Positions 29,342-39,928 of a stretch of DNA of 64,000 nt are shown piece by piece. Each line of letters opens with the position of its first letter. The first letter of the stretch is position 1. The stretch is from Bacteroidota bacterium (lineage in GTDB: Bacteria; Bacteroidota; Bacteroidia; AKYH767-A; 2013-40CM-41-45). The notes beneath the pieces were generated by a model. The model made no database searches. It worked only from the letters and a program-made list of their open reading frames with translations, and was not told the origin of the DNA. The translations under genes were made by a program, and so were the position numbers. The DNA lies in NCBI GenBank assembly GCA_049363815.1, contig JBMQEM010000097.1, positions 1,925 through 65,924 on the forward strand, in the 5' to 3' direction.

Positions 29342-32300
29342 ATGATTCAAAAAACTACATTTTACGGACGCATTCTTTCCCGGTTGATCTTTATCGTTGT
29401 CGTCTTGTTTGCTACATTTTCTTCTTTTCAAGCTTCTGCTACGCATTCGTCCGGTGCCGATCTTCAGTATACATGGGTCAGTGGAAATACATTTAAAGTT
29501 ACTGTGTCATTCTACAGAGATTGTGAAGGTGTTGCTGCACCGGCAACAATTACATTGAATGCTAAGTCTACATCTTGTTCGAGAAATCAGAACTATACAT
29601 TGAATTTAGATGCCGGAACCGGACAGGAAATCACATTTCCATGCCGGACGGTAATTACAAAATGTACAAGCTCCGGTTCAGCAAACGCCGGGTATCAGCG
29701 TTATGTATATTCAAACAACATAACCTTACCCCAGCAATGTACGGACTGGGTCATGAGCTTTTTTGTGTGTTGCCGAAACTGCGCGATTACTACTTTGAAT
29801 AACCCATGTTCTGACAATATGTATATCGAAGCAACATTGAACAATGTGGTTGCTCCAAGAAATAATTCAGCTCAATTCACTAACATTCCTGTTGCATTGA
29901 TTTGTGTGAACCAGAGCTTCACATACAATCATGGTGTGTTTGATCCTGATGGTGATTCTTTGGTTTATTCATTCATTACACCGAAAACCTTCAATACTTC
30001 TACCAATACAGTTGGATCCGTAACTTTCAATCCGGGATTTTCAAGTACCAGTCCACTCACTTCAAGTCCTGCCGTTACTCTGGATGGAACAAACGGAGAT
30101 ATAACCATGTTCCCTACTGTAAATGGCGAAATAGGTGTTTGTGCAATCATGGTGAGGGAATATCGCAACGGAGTATTGATCGGAAGTGCGATCCGTGATA
30201 TGCAGTTTCTGACAAGGATCTGTAACCCGAATTTTCTTCCTACTTCAACAGGGATCAACGGAACAGGAACTTTTGAAGCAACAGTCTGTCCGGGTTCAAC
30301 AATCAACTTCACAGTAAGTTCTGCTGATCCCAATGCAGCAGATACAGTAGTAATGTCATGGAACAATTCAATTTCTACTGCAACTTTTAATACTGTAGGG
30401 GCTAAGTTGCCGGTAGGTACTTTCAACTGGACTCCAACACTAGCTGATGCACGCGCTCAACCTTATACATTCATCGTCATCGTTCGGGATAATGCTTGTC
30501 CTTATGCTGGGTCACAAACTTATTCATTCATCATAAATGTGCCTGTCATTACAGCTTCTGTTTCAAGTCCGACTTTCTCAGGTTTCAATGTCGCATGTAA
30601 TGGAGCATCAACCGGAGCAATTACAGCTACTGGCGGCGGTGGTACGACTCCATATACCTATTTGTGGAATCCTTCAGGACAAACAACTCAGACTGCTACC
30701 GGTCTTGCGGCCAATACTTACTCTGTTACTGTTTCAGATGCAAACGGCTGCACCAAATCTGCATCAACTACTTTAACCCAACCTCCGACATCAGTCTCTG
30801 CATCCATTTCAGGTTCGACAAATGTTACCTGCTTTGGTGCGTCAAATGGTACTGCTACTGCAACATCAACAGGTGGAGTTTCTCCTTATACTTACTCATG
30901 GTCACCAAGCGGACAAACAACTGCTACTGCCAGCGGATTAGGTCCGGTAAATTATACTGTCACTGCAACAGACGTGAATGGTTGTACCAGCCAGCAATCT
31001 GTGTTGATCTCACAACCGACTGCTTTAGGTGCTGTCGTTTCTCAATTCGATAATGTGACTTGCCGAAATAATGCCAATGGAAGTATGACGATTGTACCAT
31101 CAGGTGGTACTGGTCCATATACTCATCATTGGTCGAATGGTGATACAACTGCAGCGATCACAAACCTTGGACCCGGCAATTATACTGATACGATCCGTGA
31201 TGCTAATAATTGTGTGTTTCTGATCAGTCAGACAATAACTGAACCTCCGATTGTTCTTGGAATTCCTGCATCTTCTGTTACAACATCAAATGTAAATTGT
31301 TTTGGTGGTGCCGATGGTACTGCTTCTGTAAATCCTGCCGGTGGAACTTTGCCGTATGCTATTACATGGTCCAATGGTGACACAGGAACTGTTGCCGATT
31401 CATTGATCGCCGGTAATTATCAGGTTACAATCGTCGATGGAAATAATTGTTCGTTTGATTCAACTATTACCATCACTGCTCCAAGTGCACTTTCTTCTTC
31501 ATTTGTTAACTATGCAACAACTCCTGGTGGTACTGATATCGCATGCTTCGGGCAAACAACAGGACAAGCAAAAGTTACGGTTACCGGAGGAACTTTTCCT
31601 TATACCTATTCCTGGTCCAATGGAGCAACAGTTGATTCAATCATAAATGTTGGAGCAGGGATCTATAACGTTACTGTTACTGATGACAATGGTTGTACTC
31701 AGATCATGACTGACACCATTACTGAGCCTGCTGTTTTAGGAAACGTTCTTAATGTCCGTCATGTCGCTTGTAAAGGCGAGTCAAGTGGATATATCATTGC
31801 AAATGTTGCAGGTGGATCACCGGCTTATTCTTATGCCTGGACACCAAACATCAGCAGTAATGACAGCGCCTATTTGATTCCCGCAGGATTTTATTCTTTG
31901 ACAACAACAGATCTGAATGGATGTACCAGAATCGACACGCTTACCATCACTGAGCCCGATACACTTGTTCCACTTATCCTGCCATCAACATTCATTGGTG
32001 CAGTTAACCTCCGTTGTTATGGAGATTCCAGTGGATCTGCAACTGTAACGGTCTTCGGAGGAACACCACCGTTCACTTACCAGTGGTCAACCGGTGCAAC
32101 AACTGTTGGTATTACCGATCTGATTGCTGATAAAGTTACTGTCCGTGTAGAAGATTTTAATGGTTGTTCAATTGAAAAAGACACCACACTAACACAACCA
32201 CCACCATTCCAGCATTTGTCTGATATCGAGGACCCGCTTTGTTTTGGTGATTCATCCGGGTATATCAAAATAAACTTGTCAGGCAGTACTCCGCCATATA

Positions 32301-35056
32301 CATATGCGTGGAATACCGGGCAAACAACAGATTCAATTGGTGGTCTGACTTCCGGATCATTTTATGTAATTGTAGAAGATGTAAATAATTGCCAGGACAG
32401 TCTGAATTTCACGATGGCTAATCCTGATTCAATCATTGTGCCTGCAATAGTTTCAGATTATCAGGGTTATAATATCAGTTGCAACGGTGGAACTAACGGA
32501 AGTATTGAGGTCTTCCCGTTTGGAGGAGACAATAACTTCACCTATACATGGTCGAGTTCGCAGACAACAGACAGTATTACCGGTCTAAGTGCTGGTACAT
32601 ATGATCTGACCATTCTTGATGGTCGTGGTTGCAGAAAGGATACAAGTATCGTAATGACTGAACCTCTTCCTCTGAATTTAACTTTATTGCCGGATACATT
32701 TGTAGGTGGTACAAACGTCAGATGCTTTGGTTACAATGATGGTGGAGTTCATTCAACTGTGATCGGTGGAGTTTCACCATACGAATATTTATGGTCGAAT
32801 GGTGATGTAGCTGATTCTGCTGTCGGACTATCGACCGGAACTTATATGTTGACAGTAACTGACAGTAACGGATGTATCATTCAGGATTCAGTGGATATTA
32901 TCGAACCGGATTCAATTGCACTTGCTGCCATCGTTCCTGATTTCAACGGATTTAATATTCCTTGTTTTGGTGACACTTCTGCCTGTATCACATTAAATAT
33001 GATCGGTGGAAATTCTCCATTTACTTTTGTCTGGGATGGGGTCGATACCCTTACCGTTCCAACGAGATGCGATCTTGGTGCTGATACACTCAATATAATG
33101 ATCCTCGATGGTAATGGATGTTCACTTGATACATTCTTTATAATTTCAGGCCCGCCTCCAATCGGTTTCAATTCTGTTCTCTCAGGATTTGGCAGTTACA
33201 ATATAGATTGCTTCGGGACGAATACCGGATCGATCGATGTTACAATGACAGGTGGAGTAAGTCCTTACAATTATTTATGGACAACTAGTGATACATCTGA
33301 AGATCTTACCAGCATTGGTGCCGGAAGTTATCAGGTCAATGTTATGGATGCAAATGGCTGTATCGATTCAGCTTCTTTTACACTTACCGAACCTGCAGAA
33401 CTGAGTGCAACTGTTTCCAGTACACCTACGACCTGTGGTCTTGATAATGGAACAGCAACTGCCATTCCTACCGGAGGTGTTTTACCGTATACTTACGCCT
33501 GGACAGGCTCACAAACAACATCGACTGCAACCAATTTGCCGGCGCAATTGTATTTCATTACTGTTACAGATAGTTTAGGTTGTATTTTCAGCGATGTTGT
33601 CAGTGTTACAGCAAGTTCTCAGGCTGTAGTGTCTGTAAACTCTTTTGTAAATAATACCTGCTTCGGTACCAGTGAAGGCTCTGCTACAGCAACTTTAACA
33701 GGTGGCGTTGCACCGTTTTCCTATTTATGGTCGAACGGCGATACAACTTTTACAACCGATAGTCTTGCTGCAGGAAGTTATACTATTCAGGTCACTGATT
33801 CGAATAATTGCATTTCTACAGGAAGCGTTACGATCACCGAACCAAATGCATTCAGTTTTACATACAGTGTCAATAATGCATTTTGTAACGGTGCAAATAA
33901 TGGATCAGTCACTGTAGCAGTTACCGGTGGAACAGGTTCATACCAGTTTAACTGGTCGAATGGTGATCTTGGTACTTTTGCTGACAGTTTACCTGGAGGG
34001 TATGTAAGTGTTCAGGTTACCGATAGCGTAGGTTGTACATTGATTGATTCTGTAAATATTATTCAGGGAACTTCAATCAGTTCAACAATTGCTGCATCAA
34101 ATGACGTTTCCTGTTTCGGCGGAAATAATGGTTCGGCATCTGTCAACGCTGCAACCGGTGGAATAGGGCCTTTGACTTATACCTGGTCAAATGGTGATAC
34201 TGGTTTATCAACAAATAACCTTGTCGCCGGTGTTTATACAATGGATATCGTTGATTCGGTAAATTGTTCTCTGACGTTGACTATCACGATCAATGAACCT
34301 CTTCAGCTTGCTCTCAATCTTGCGTCAACAAATGTGACCTGCTTTGGCGATAACAATGGTATAGCCGATGCACAGGTTGCTGGTGGTACCGGAACTTACA
34401 CATATGCATGGACTCCGAATATTTCAACTGCTGCCACACTTACTAGCTTGAGTCCCGGAACTTATTCTGTGGTGATCACTGATCAGAATTTGTGTACAAC
34501 CAATTCATCTGTTACGATCACAGAACCAAATCAGATCGTTTCAGATGCAGGCCAGGATATCGGTGATTGTGAAGAATCATTTATACTAAATGCTACATTA
34601 AATTCTCCTTACAATGGTCTGTGGTCAGTTGTAACCGGTACTGCAAACTTCTCGGATGCGACATCGCCTTTAACTACTGTTTCAGGACTTACATTGGGTG
34701 ATAACCTTCTTTTATGGACAGTCACAGACGGAACTTGTTTCGGTTCCGATACTTTATTGGTAAGGAGAAATACAGATGCAGAATGTGAACTGGAAATTCC
34801 AACAGGTGTAACACCTAATGATGATGGAAAAAATGATGCATTGGTAGTTCATGGAATTGAAAGATATCCGGATAACATCCTGACCATCTATAACCGTTGG
34901 GGAAATCTTGTTTACCAGAAAGAAAATTATGCTAACGAATGGGTAGGGCAAAATGATTCTAACGAATTACTACCGGAAGGAACTTACTTTATAGTTCTTG
35001 TCATAAAAAATACTACTATCCAGATGACATCGTATATCGATCTTCGCAGACAGTAG
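29342..35056 (+). CDS. Second T9SS type-B surface protein with many SprB-type repeats (1904 aa)
   Basis: Signal ..QASA/THSSGAD, the same Cys-rich N domain as 22390, roughly 15 SprB-like repeats, CTD PTGVTPNDDGKND..YNRWG. Confidence 0.9.
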   Translation: MIQKTTFYGRILSRLIFIVVVLFATFSSFQASATHSSGADLQYTWVSGNTFKVTVSFYRDCEGVAAPATITLNAKSTSCSRNQNYTLNLDAGTGQEITFPCRTVITKCTSSGSANAGYQRYVYSNNITLPQQCTDWVMSFFVCCRNCAITTLNNPCSDNMYIEATLNNVVAPRNNSAQFTNIPVALICVNQSFTYNHGVFDPDGDSLVYSFITPKTFNTSTNTVGSVTFNPGFSSTSPLTSSPAVTLDGTNGDITMFPTVNGEIGVCAIMVREYRNGVLIGSAIRDMQFLTRICNPNFLPTSTGINGTGTFEATVCPGSTINFTVSSADPNAADTVVMSWNNSISTATFNTVGAKLPVGTFNWTPTLADARAQPYTFIVIVRDNACPYAGSQTYSFIINVPVITASVSSPTFSGFNVACNGASTGAITATGGGGTTPYTYLWNPSGQTTQTATGLAANTYSVTVSDANGCTKSASTTLTQPPTSVSASISGSTNVTCFGASNGTATATSTGGVSPYTYSWSPSGQTTATASGLGPVNYTVTATDVNGCTSQQSVLISQPTALGAVVSQFDNVTCRNNANGSMTIVPSGGTGPYTHHWSNGDTTAAITNLGPGNYTDTIRDANNCVFLISQTITEPPIVLGIPASSVTTSNVNCFGGADGTASVNPAGGTLPYAITWSNGDTGTVADSLIAGNYQVTIVDGNNCSFDSTITITAPSALSSSFVNYATTPGGTDIACFGQTTGQAKVTVTGGTFPYTYSWSNGATVDSIINVGAGIYNVTVTDDNGCTQIMTDTITEPAVLGNVLNVRHVACKGESSGYIIANVAGGSPAYSYAWTPNISSNDSAYLIPAGFYSLTTTDLNGCTRIDTLTITEPDTLVPLILPSTFIGAVNLRCYGDSSGSATVTVFGGTPPFTYQWSTGATTVGITDLIADKVTVRVEDFNGCSIEKDTTLTQPPPFQHLSDIEDPLCFGDSSGYIKINLSGSTPPYTYAWNTGQTTDSIGGLTSGSFYVIVEDVNNCQDSLNFTMANPDSIIVPAIVSDYQGYNISCNGGTNGSIEVFPFGGDNNFTYTWSSSQTTDSITGLSAGTYDLTILDGRGCRKDTSIVMTEPLPLNLTLLPDTFVGGTNVRCFGYNDGGVHSTVIGGVSPYEYLWSNGDVADSAVGLSTGTYMLTVTDSNGCIIQDSVDIIEPDSIALAAIVPDFNGFNIPCFGDTSACITLNMIGGNSPFTFVWDGVDTLTVPTRCDLGADTLNIMILDGNGCSLDTFFIISGPPPIGFNSVLSGFGSYNIDCFGTNTGSIDVTMTGGVSPYNYLWTTSDTSEDLTSIGAGSYQVNVMDANGCIDSASFTLTEPAELSATVSSTPTTCGLDNGTATAIPTGGVLPYTYAWTGSQTTSTATNLPAQLYFITVTDSLGCIFSDVVSVTASSQAVVSVNSFVNNTCFGTSEGSATATLTGGVAPFSYLWSNGDTTFTTDSLAAGSYTIQVTDSNNCISTGSVTITEPNAFSFTYSVNNAFCNGANNGSVTVAVTGGTGSYQFNWSNGDLGTFADSLPGGYVSVQVTDSVGCTLIDSVNIIQGTSISSTIAASNDVSCFGGNNGSASVNAATGGIGPLTYTWSNGDTGLSTNNLVAGVYTMDIVDSVNCSLTLTITINEPLQLALNLASTNVTCFGDNNGIADAQVAGGTGTYTYAWTPNISTAATLTSLSPGTYSVVITDQNLCTTNSSVTITEPNQIVSDAGQDIGDCEESFILNATLNSPYNGLWSVVTGTANFSDATSPLTTVSGLTLGDNLLLWTVTDGTCFGSDTLLVRRNTDAECELEIPTGVTPNDDGKNDALVVHGIERYPDNILTIYNRWGNLVYQKENYANEWVGQNDSNELLPEGTYFIVLVIKNTTIQMTSYIDLRRQ

Positions 35057-35069
35057 AATAGCAAAGTCT

Positions 35070-35107
35070 AAAAAAAATCCCGGTTCAGATGAGCCGGGCT
35101 TTTTTTT
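35070..35107. terminator. Bidirectional intrinsic terminator between convergent genes
   Basis: A run, cccggttc-agat-gagccggg, T run. Confidence 0.8.
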
Positions 35108-35116
35108 CTTTTTTTA

Positions 35117-36460
35117 TCAGATCTTAACAATTGATCTTGTAACTTTTTTATTGTCGAAGATTAAGTTGATGGTGTATGTGCCACTTTCCCTGATCTTTTC
35201 ATTTTTATAGACATGAACATTTTTCCCTTTCGGAGCATCGAATGATTGTACGTCAACCACTTTTCCGGATTCATCACAGATCTGTATCCAGACCTTGCCT
35301 GACTTAGGTAAAAAATATGCTACGTCAAATGATTTGTCAAATGGTAATGGATTGATCTTTTCAATTGCCAGATTTGTTTCGTTTTGCATTTTAATTGCTG
35401 CAAGGGAATGCGAAATGAATTTTCCATTGATAAATGTTTGACGTAATCTGTAGTAAACAATTCCTGTTGTGGCCTTTGTTTTATCTGTATAAGAATATTC
35501 TTCTGTTTCTTTCATGTCCGGATTTACCGGTACATTGGCAACATTCATAAAATCAACACCATTTATTGAACGCTCGATTGTAAATGATTTTATTTTATCA
35601 TTCACAGAAGTTGACCAATGTATCTTGATCCCGCCCTCTTTTTCTTCTAGCATAAAATTTAAAAGTGATTCAGCCAGAGGAGCTGTATTTCCTGCTGTTC
35701 TCACTATAAGGTTGTCTAGAATTGCAATGTCTTTTCCGTCACCATTTATACCTTTTGCTATTGTAACTTTACCTGCATTCTTCCAGGAAAGGGGAGTGTT
35801 CGGCGAATGCTGATTTGACCACACAATTACACTGTTTACAAAGATCTCAGCTTTTCCTTTCGATGGATTGTAAATAAAGCGATAGTTCCTGAAGTTCATG
35901 TCAAAAGGAATTTCATATTCAGTTTTTATTTTGAATGATTCAATTCCGCCTCGTTTATTTTCAAGTCTGTAAGCTATACTTATAAAACCATTCTCAAATC
36001 CAAAGTTAAATCCATTTTCCCGTGAAAAGAAAGAACCGCTTTTTTCATTTCTGCTATAGTCGATGCTGATATCAATTCCTTCCTGATTCCATAACTCTGT
36101 ACCTTCAATTTCAAGATCAATGTCTTTACCATTTGGTCCTGGTGATAAACCACCCGTAGATGATCTTCCTCCTGGCATTGAGTGAGCTTCTTTACTAACA
36201 GAGATGGCATCAGGACCTAATGTTGCTGTTGTTACAGGATCTTTCTCCCAAGTAAATTCTGTTAATATATCTCCATTCCCTAAAGTGGCTCCGCTTCCTT
36301 CGCCTCCGGTTGCAGTTGCTCTGGTCTTGCTGACATTGTTAACATTCAGATAGACCATTATACCTGCTGTAATTGTAAGCATAAATGAAACACCACCGGC
36401 CACAAGAAGTAGTCTTGCCCTGAGTTTGTTTTTTTGTTTATGCCGTTGTCTGTTTTTCAT
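35117..36460 (-). CDS. Secreted protein with ConA/LamG-like domain, Ig-like domain and type-A T9SS CTD
   Basis: Basic N region plus hydrophobic stretch; beta-rich middle; W.TS..D....F.IERS..G..F domain; degenerate CTD (INPLPF...GTY.....KVTRSIVKI). Confidence 0.65.
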   Translation of the reverse strand: MKNRQRHKQKNKLRARLLLVAGGVSFMLTITAGIMVYLNVNNVSKTRATATGGEGSGATLGNGDILTEFTWEKDPVTTATLGPDAISVSKEAHSMPGGRSSTGGLSPGPNGKDIDLEIEGTELWNQEGIDISIDYSRNEKSGSFFSRENGFNFGFENGFISIAYRLENKRGGIESFKIKTEYEIPFDMNFRNYRFIYNPSKGKAEIFVNSVIVWSNQHSPNTPLSWKNAGKVTIAKGINGDGKDIAILDNLIVRTAGNTAPLAESLLNFMLEEKEGGIKIHWSTSVNDKIKSFTIERSINGVDFMNVANVPVNPDMKETEEYSYTDKTKATTGIVYYRLRQTFINGKFISHSLAAIKMQNETNLAIEKINPLPFDKSFDVAYFLPKSGKVWIQICDESGKVVDVQSFDAPKGKNVHVYKNEKIRESGTYTINLIFDNKKVTRSIVKI

Positions 36461-36478
36461 TGTGTCGGATCTTGAATG

Positions 36479-39400
36479 TTAGTTTTTAATCACCTTTTTC
36501 GTGATTCGCTCATTTGCACTCTCAATTATTAAAATATATGTTCCTGCCTCAAGGGCATCAAGATTTGTAATTTCAATTTTATTTTCACCAGGATCTGACT
36601 GATAATCTTTCTGGAATTTTGTTTTTCCATCACTACTGATCAATTGTACTGTTGTCTTCTGACTGGATCCTGAACTTAAATTTATTCTCATTTCATTTCT
36701 GAAAGGATTCGGAGAGACAGAATTTATTGAAAGATTTTTTGAAGTGCCTGATGGCATTACTCTGGCTATCTTAGAATAGATAAATGACCCATCTGGTGCG
36801 ATCTGTTTCAATCTATAGTACGATTCCGTACCTGTATATGAAATGTCGTCATAGGTATAATCTCGTATCTTGCTGTCAAATGAAGCTCTTATCTCATCAA
36901 TTGGATTAAAGTTAATTCCATCACCACTTCTTTCTACAATGAATTTTTCAATTCCTTGCTCTGATTGAATATGCCAGTCAACGGATACCATATCGTCGAC
37001 CAACTTTGCACTTAGTTCAATTGAAGCCACAGCAACAGATGCTATCGTCCAGTCCTGATATAGTACAGTATTATTGATAGTGATGGTTCCCTTTGATTGT
37101 CTTGTTCCTTGCGCACTTGCAGGAGTAATGTTCCAGCCTGTACCTGTCCATTGGATAATATTCAATTCTCCATCTGACATTGGTGAGCCAAGTGTGTTTT
37201 CTGTACCTAAATATGTAAGCGTGATATTTGCTTTTACTCCCGGACCTGTGAAAGACCACCATCGGTCAACAACATGCTCTGATGCGAATGGAACTCCGCC
37301 AGGGAAAGTCATGTCAAGTGCAGGGTAGGGTGTATTAGGAATATTTGTAGCACGGGTACTTACTGTAATCGTTCTTCCTAGTCCCGTCGTAACTGTAAAT
37401 TGAACAGGAATGAATTTATCTTCTGAGACCCCAAACGGAATTTCATGTACTCCTGTCGAGAGGTTTTGCCAACGGACCTGACTGTTGTTGATAGGCGTAG
37501 TGCCTTCACTAATAATAAAACCTTTACTTCTTTTTATCGCCGTCGCCTGACCGTTTTCTAATGTAATTGTTTTCGCATTTAATTTTAAACCACCTGATTG
37601 AAGGTCAAGTCTTGTCCTTACGATCACATTGTCACCGGAAAGTGCGGCTCTTGCATTACTTGCAGACTGAAGATTGATTTTCAGGATTCCATATTTCAAA
37701 GATTCGTTGTTACTTGAAGTTGATAACCCTGTTACTGAAATATTTTCTGATCCGGAGTATTCTACGATACTATATGGATGCAATTCATAACTTAAATTTC
37801 CTGTCAGAACAATTGCTCCATCGTTCGATAAGGCACAGAACCCATTCGGATTACAAGTTGAAATAGTTCCTCCTGAATCAACAACCAGTTTTGAAAAACC
37901 GTATTGCTGATTAGATTTTATTTGCCCTTTATTCAGTGCCAATGTTGCATTGTTTTTTACCTGCAGCATATTTATACCGGACTGATCATTTGATGAAAGT
38001 AAGAATGTGCTATTGTTTACCAATACCTTGCTTCCTGGTTCTATTTTCTGAATCAGATTTTCAATGTTAGAAGTACTCCCTGTTCTTGAATAGGCCTGGA
38101 ATCTAGGTGAACAATAACTAATTGTACCGAAGGAATTTGCAGTTCCTGTGCTGGTTCTGGTGATCTTACCTGTTCCTGAAAAACTGACAGATGAACCAGC
38201 AAGATTTAATTTATTACTGACCGTTGTGTATTGACTGTTATTATCCAGGTTTATGATTCCTCCGGATTGGGAAAATGCACCTTTTACCGTCAATGAAATA
38301 ATATCTGAAGTAGCCGATGTCTGATTGTTATGATAAATCAATTCGCCACCGCTTTGATTGAATTCTTTCCATACCTCAACTGAACCAGAACCCTGATTGT
38401 TTTTGATTGACAAAATTCCACCGGTGACCTTCATGCTGTCAATTGAAGCTGTTAATGCACCATTGTTTTTTGAAAGCGATAATGACCCGCCATTCATTTT
38501 TAAACTTTTCTTTACAGTCAATTGAATGTTATGCGAAGCGATCAAAGCTCCGTAGTTCAAACTATTTGTACATCCGTTAATTTCGAAATTACCGTTGATA
38601 GTGATCTCTTCATTTCCGGAAGAAGCAGAACTGGTCACCTCTGCACTTTGGATACCGTTCACGATAAAATCCCCGCCGATATTCATATTTAAGGTGAGGT
38701 TATTTTGTGTGCCCGAGATACTTGAAAGTGAGGTGCCACGGAATTTATCGTTTGCATTTTGAAAGTTGATCTTGAAATTCCTTGTCACATTGAAATTTCC
38801 CGTTGCACCGCCTGTATGACAAGCTGTTTGCCCCATGAATATTCCACCATTAAGATTCAGATCACCGATAGTCGCAGTAAAGGAACCGGAGTTCAATGTT
38901 GCAATGTTGTATAGAATCCGCGTATCTCCTGAATTCTGAGTATAGCTTCCTGTAATAGTTAAAGTAGCGTTGCCATTACTAACGTTCGGAATTCCTGTGT
39001 TATTAATGATCTTGACATTTCCTGAATTGGAAAAATTTCCGGTTACCTGTACGTTAATATTTCCATTGCCATCATTCAGTCCATAAAATACTCCACCATT
39101 GTTGGTGATATTTGTACACGATAAGTTAAATGAAGAAGCATGAGTTCCATTATGTCCGTAGAAAACAGAATTTGCATTCTTCAGCACTATATTTCCTATT
39201 GTTGTATTTGATATGGTTCCTGATTTATCAAGTGTCACCCAGCCCTGATCTATGGTAAGTGTACCAAGGATCCTGTGATTCTCAAATTGATTATTCTGAT
39301 TCCATTCTACTATTGAATTATTTCCTCCCGGTGAATTGATCTCGAGATTTCCGAAATTGCCTGTGACCTTTTCTCCAAGAGGAGTAGTGTAGTTGTACCA

Positions 39401-39919
39401 GTTTTTTATGATCAGATTACTTCCTGCTTCAAAATTCTCAACACAACTTGTAAATAAAGTTGCTTCTGCAGAAGTGTTGATGGAAGGATCCCAGATAAAA
39501 GTCCCGCCTGAACTTATCTTGAAAGAACGACCGATCGAACCAACGGTGATCATTCCTTTGTTCATATTCATACTTCCGCTGATCGTAATGTTACCACCAA
39601 TAGCAATTCTGATGTTCTGGCCCAATGTCAATTGACCTGTTGGAAACACAGTAAGATTCTGACACGCTGCATTAGAAGGAATTGTTACTGATGTTGAATT
39701 TTGAATCGTAACATTATCTCCTGATCCCGGTACTCCGGCAGGATTCCAGATTGCAGGATTGCTCCAGGCACCGGAACCGATAGATATTTTTGATCCTGCA
39801 AATACTTCTGCAGGAAGGAGGGAAGTGAGTAAGAATATACAGACTAATATTTTCTGTAAGTTTTTAGACAATTTCTCTGAAATTCGTCCAAAGTGCGTAT
39901 GTATTAATGCTTTTTCCAT
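36479..39919 (-). CDS. Large T9SS type-A cargo (G8-like N-terminus, Gly/Asn-rich beta-helix/solenoid)
   Basis: GSGAWSNPAIWNPAGVPGSGDNVTI; repeated L.I.G.F...GG motifs; CTD VSPNPF...GTYIL....KKVIKN. Confidence 0.8.
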   Translation of the reverse strand: MEKALIHTHFGRISEKLSKNLQKILVCIFLLTSLLPAEVFAGSKISIGSGAWSNPAIWNPAGVPGSGDNVTIQNSTSVTIPSNAACQNLTVFPTGQLTLGQNIRIAIGGNITISGSMNMNKGMITVGSIGRSFKISSGGTFIWDPSINTSAEATLFTSCVENFEAGSNLIIKNWYNYTTPLGEKVTGNFGNLEINSPGGNNSIVEWNQNNQFENHRILGTLTIDQGWVTLDKSGTISNTTIGNIVLKNANSVFYGHNGTHASSFNLSCTNITNNGGVFYGLNDGNGNINVQVTGNFSNSGNVKIINNTGIPNVSNGNATLTITGSYTQNSGDTRILYNIATLNSGSFTATIGDLNLNGGIFMGQTACHTGGATGNFNVTRNFKINFQNANDKFRGTSLSSISGTQNNLTLNMNIGGDFIVNGIQSAEVTSSASSGNEEITINGNFEINGCTNSLNYGALIASHNIQLTVKKSLKMNGGSLSLSKNNGALTASIDSMKVTGGILSIKNNQGSGSVEVWKEFNQSGGELIYHNNQTSATSDIISLTVKGAFSQSGGIINLDNNSQYTTVSNKLNLAGSSVSFSGTGKITRTSTGTANSFGTISYCSPRFQAYSRTGSTSNIENLIQKIEPGSKVLVNNSTFLLSSNDQSGINMLQVKNNATLALNKGQIKSNQQYGFSKLVVDSGGTISTCNPNGFCALSNDGAIVLTGNLSYELHPYSIVEYSGSENISVTGLSTSSNNESLKYGILKINLQSASNARAALSGDNVIVRTRLDLQSGGLKLNAKTITLENGQATAIKRSKGFIISEGTTPINNSQVRWQNLSTGVHEIPFGVSEDKFIPVQFTVTTGLGRTITVSTRATNIPNTPYPALDMTFPGGVPFASEHVVDRWWSFTGPGVKANITLTYLGTENTLGSPMSDGELNIIQWTGTGWNITPASAQGTRQSKGTITINNTVLYQDWTIASVAVASIELSAKLVDDMVSVDWHIQSEQGIEKFIVERSGDGINFNPIDEIRASFDSKIRDYTYDDISYTGTESYYRLKQIAPDGSFIYSKIARVMPSGTSKNLSINSVSPNPFRNEMRINLSSGSSQKTTVQLISSDGKTKFQKDYQSDPGENKIEITNLDALEAGTYILIIESANERITKKVIKN

Positions 39920-39928
39920 GGTTTCTGT

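Noticed and set aside
22390-35056. True SprB gliding adhesin locus
   Set aside because: The proteins are far shorter than SprB and sprC/sprD are absent; they are SprB-repeat paralogues only.
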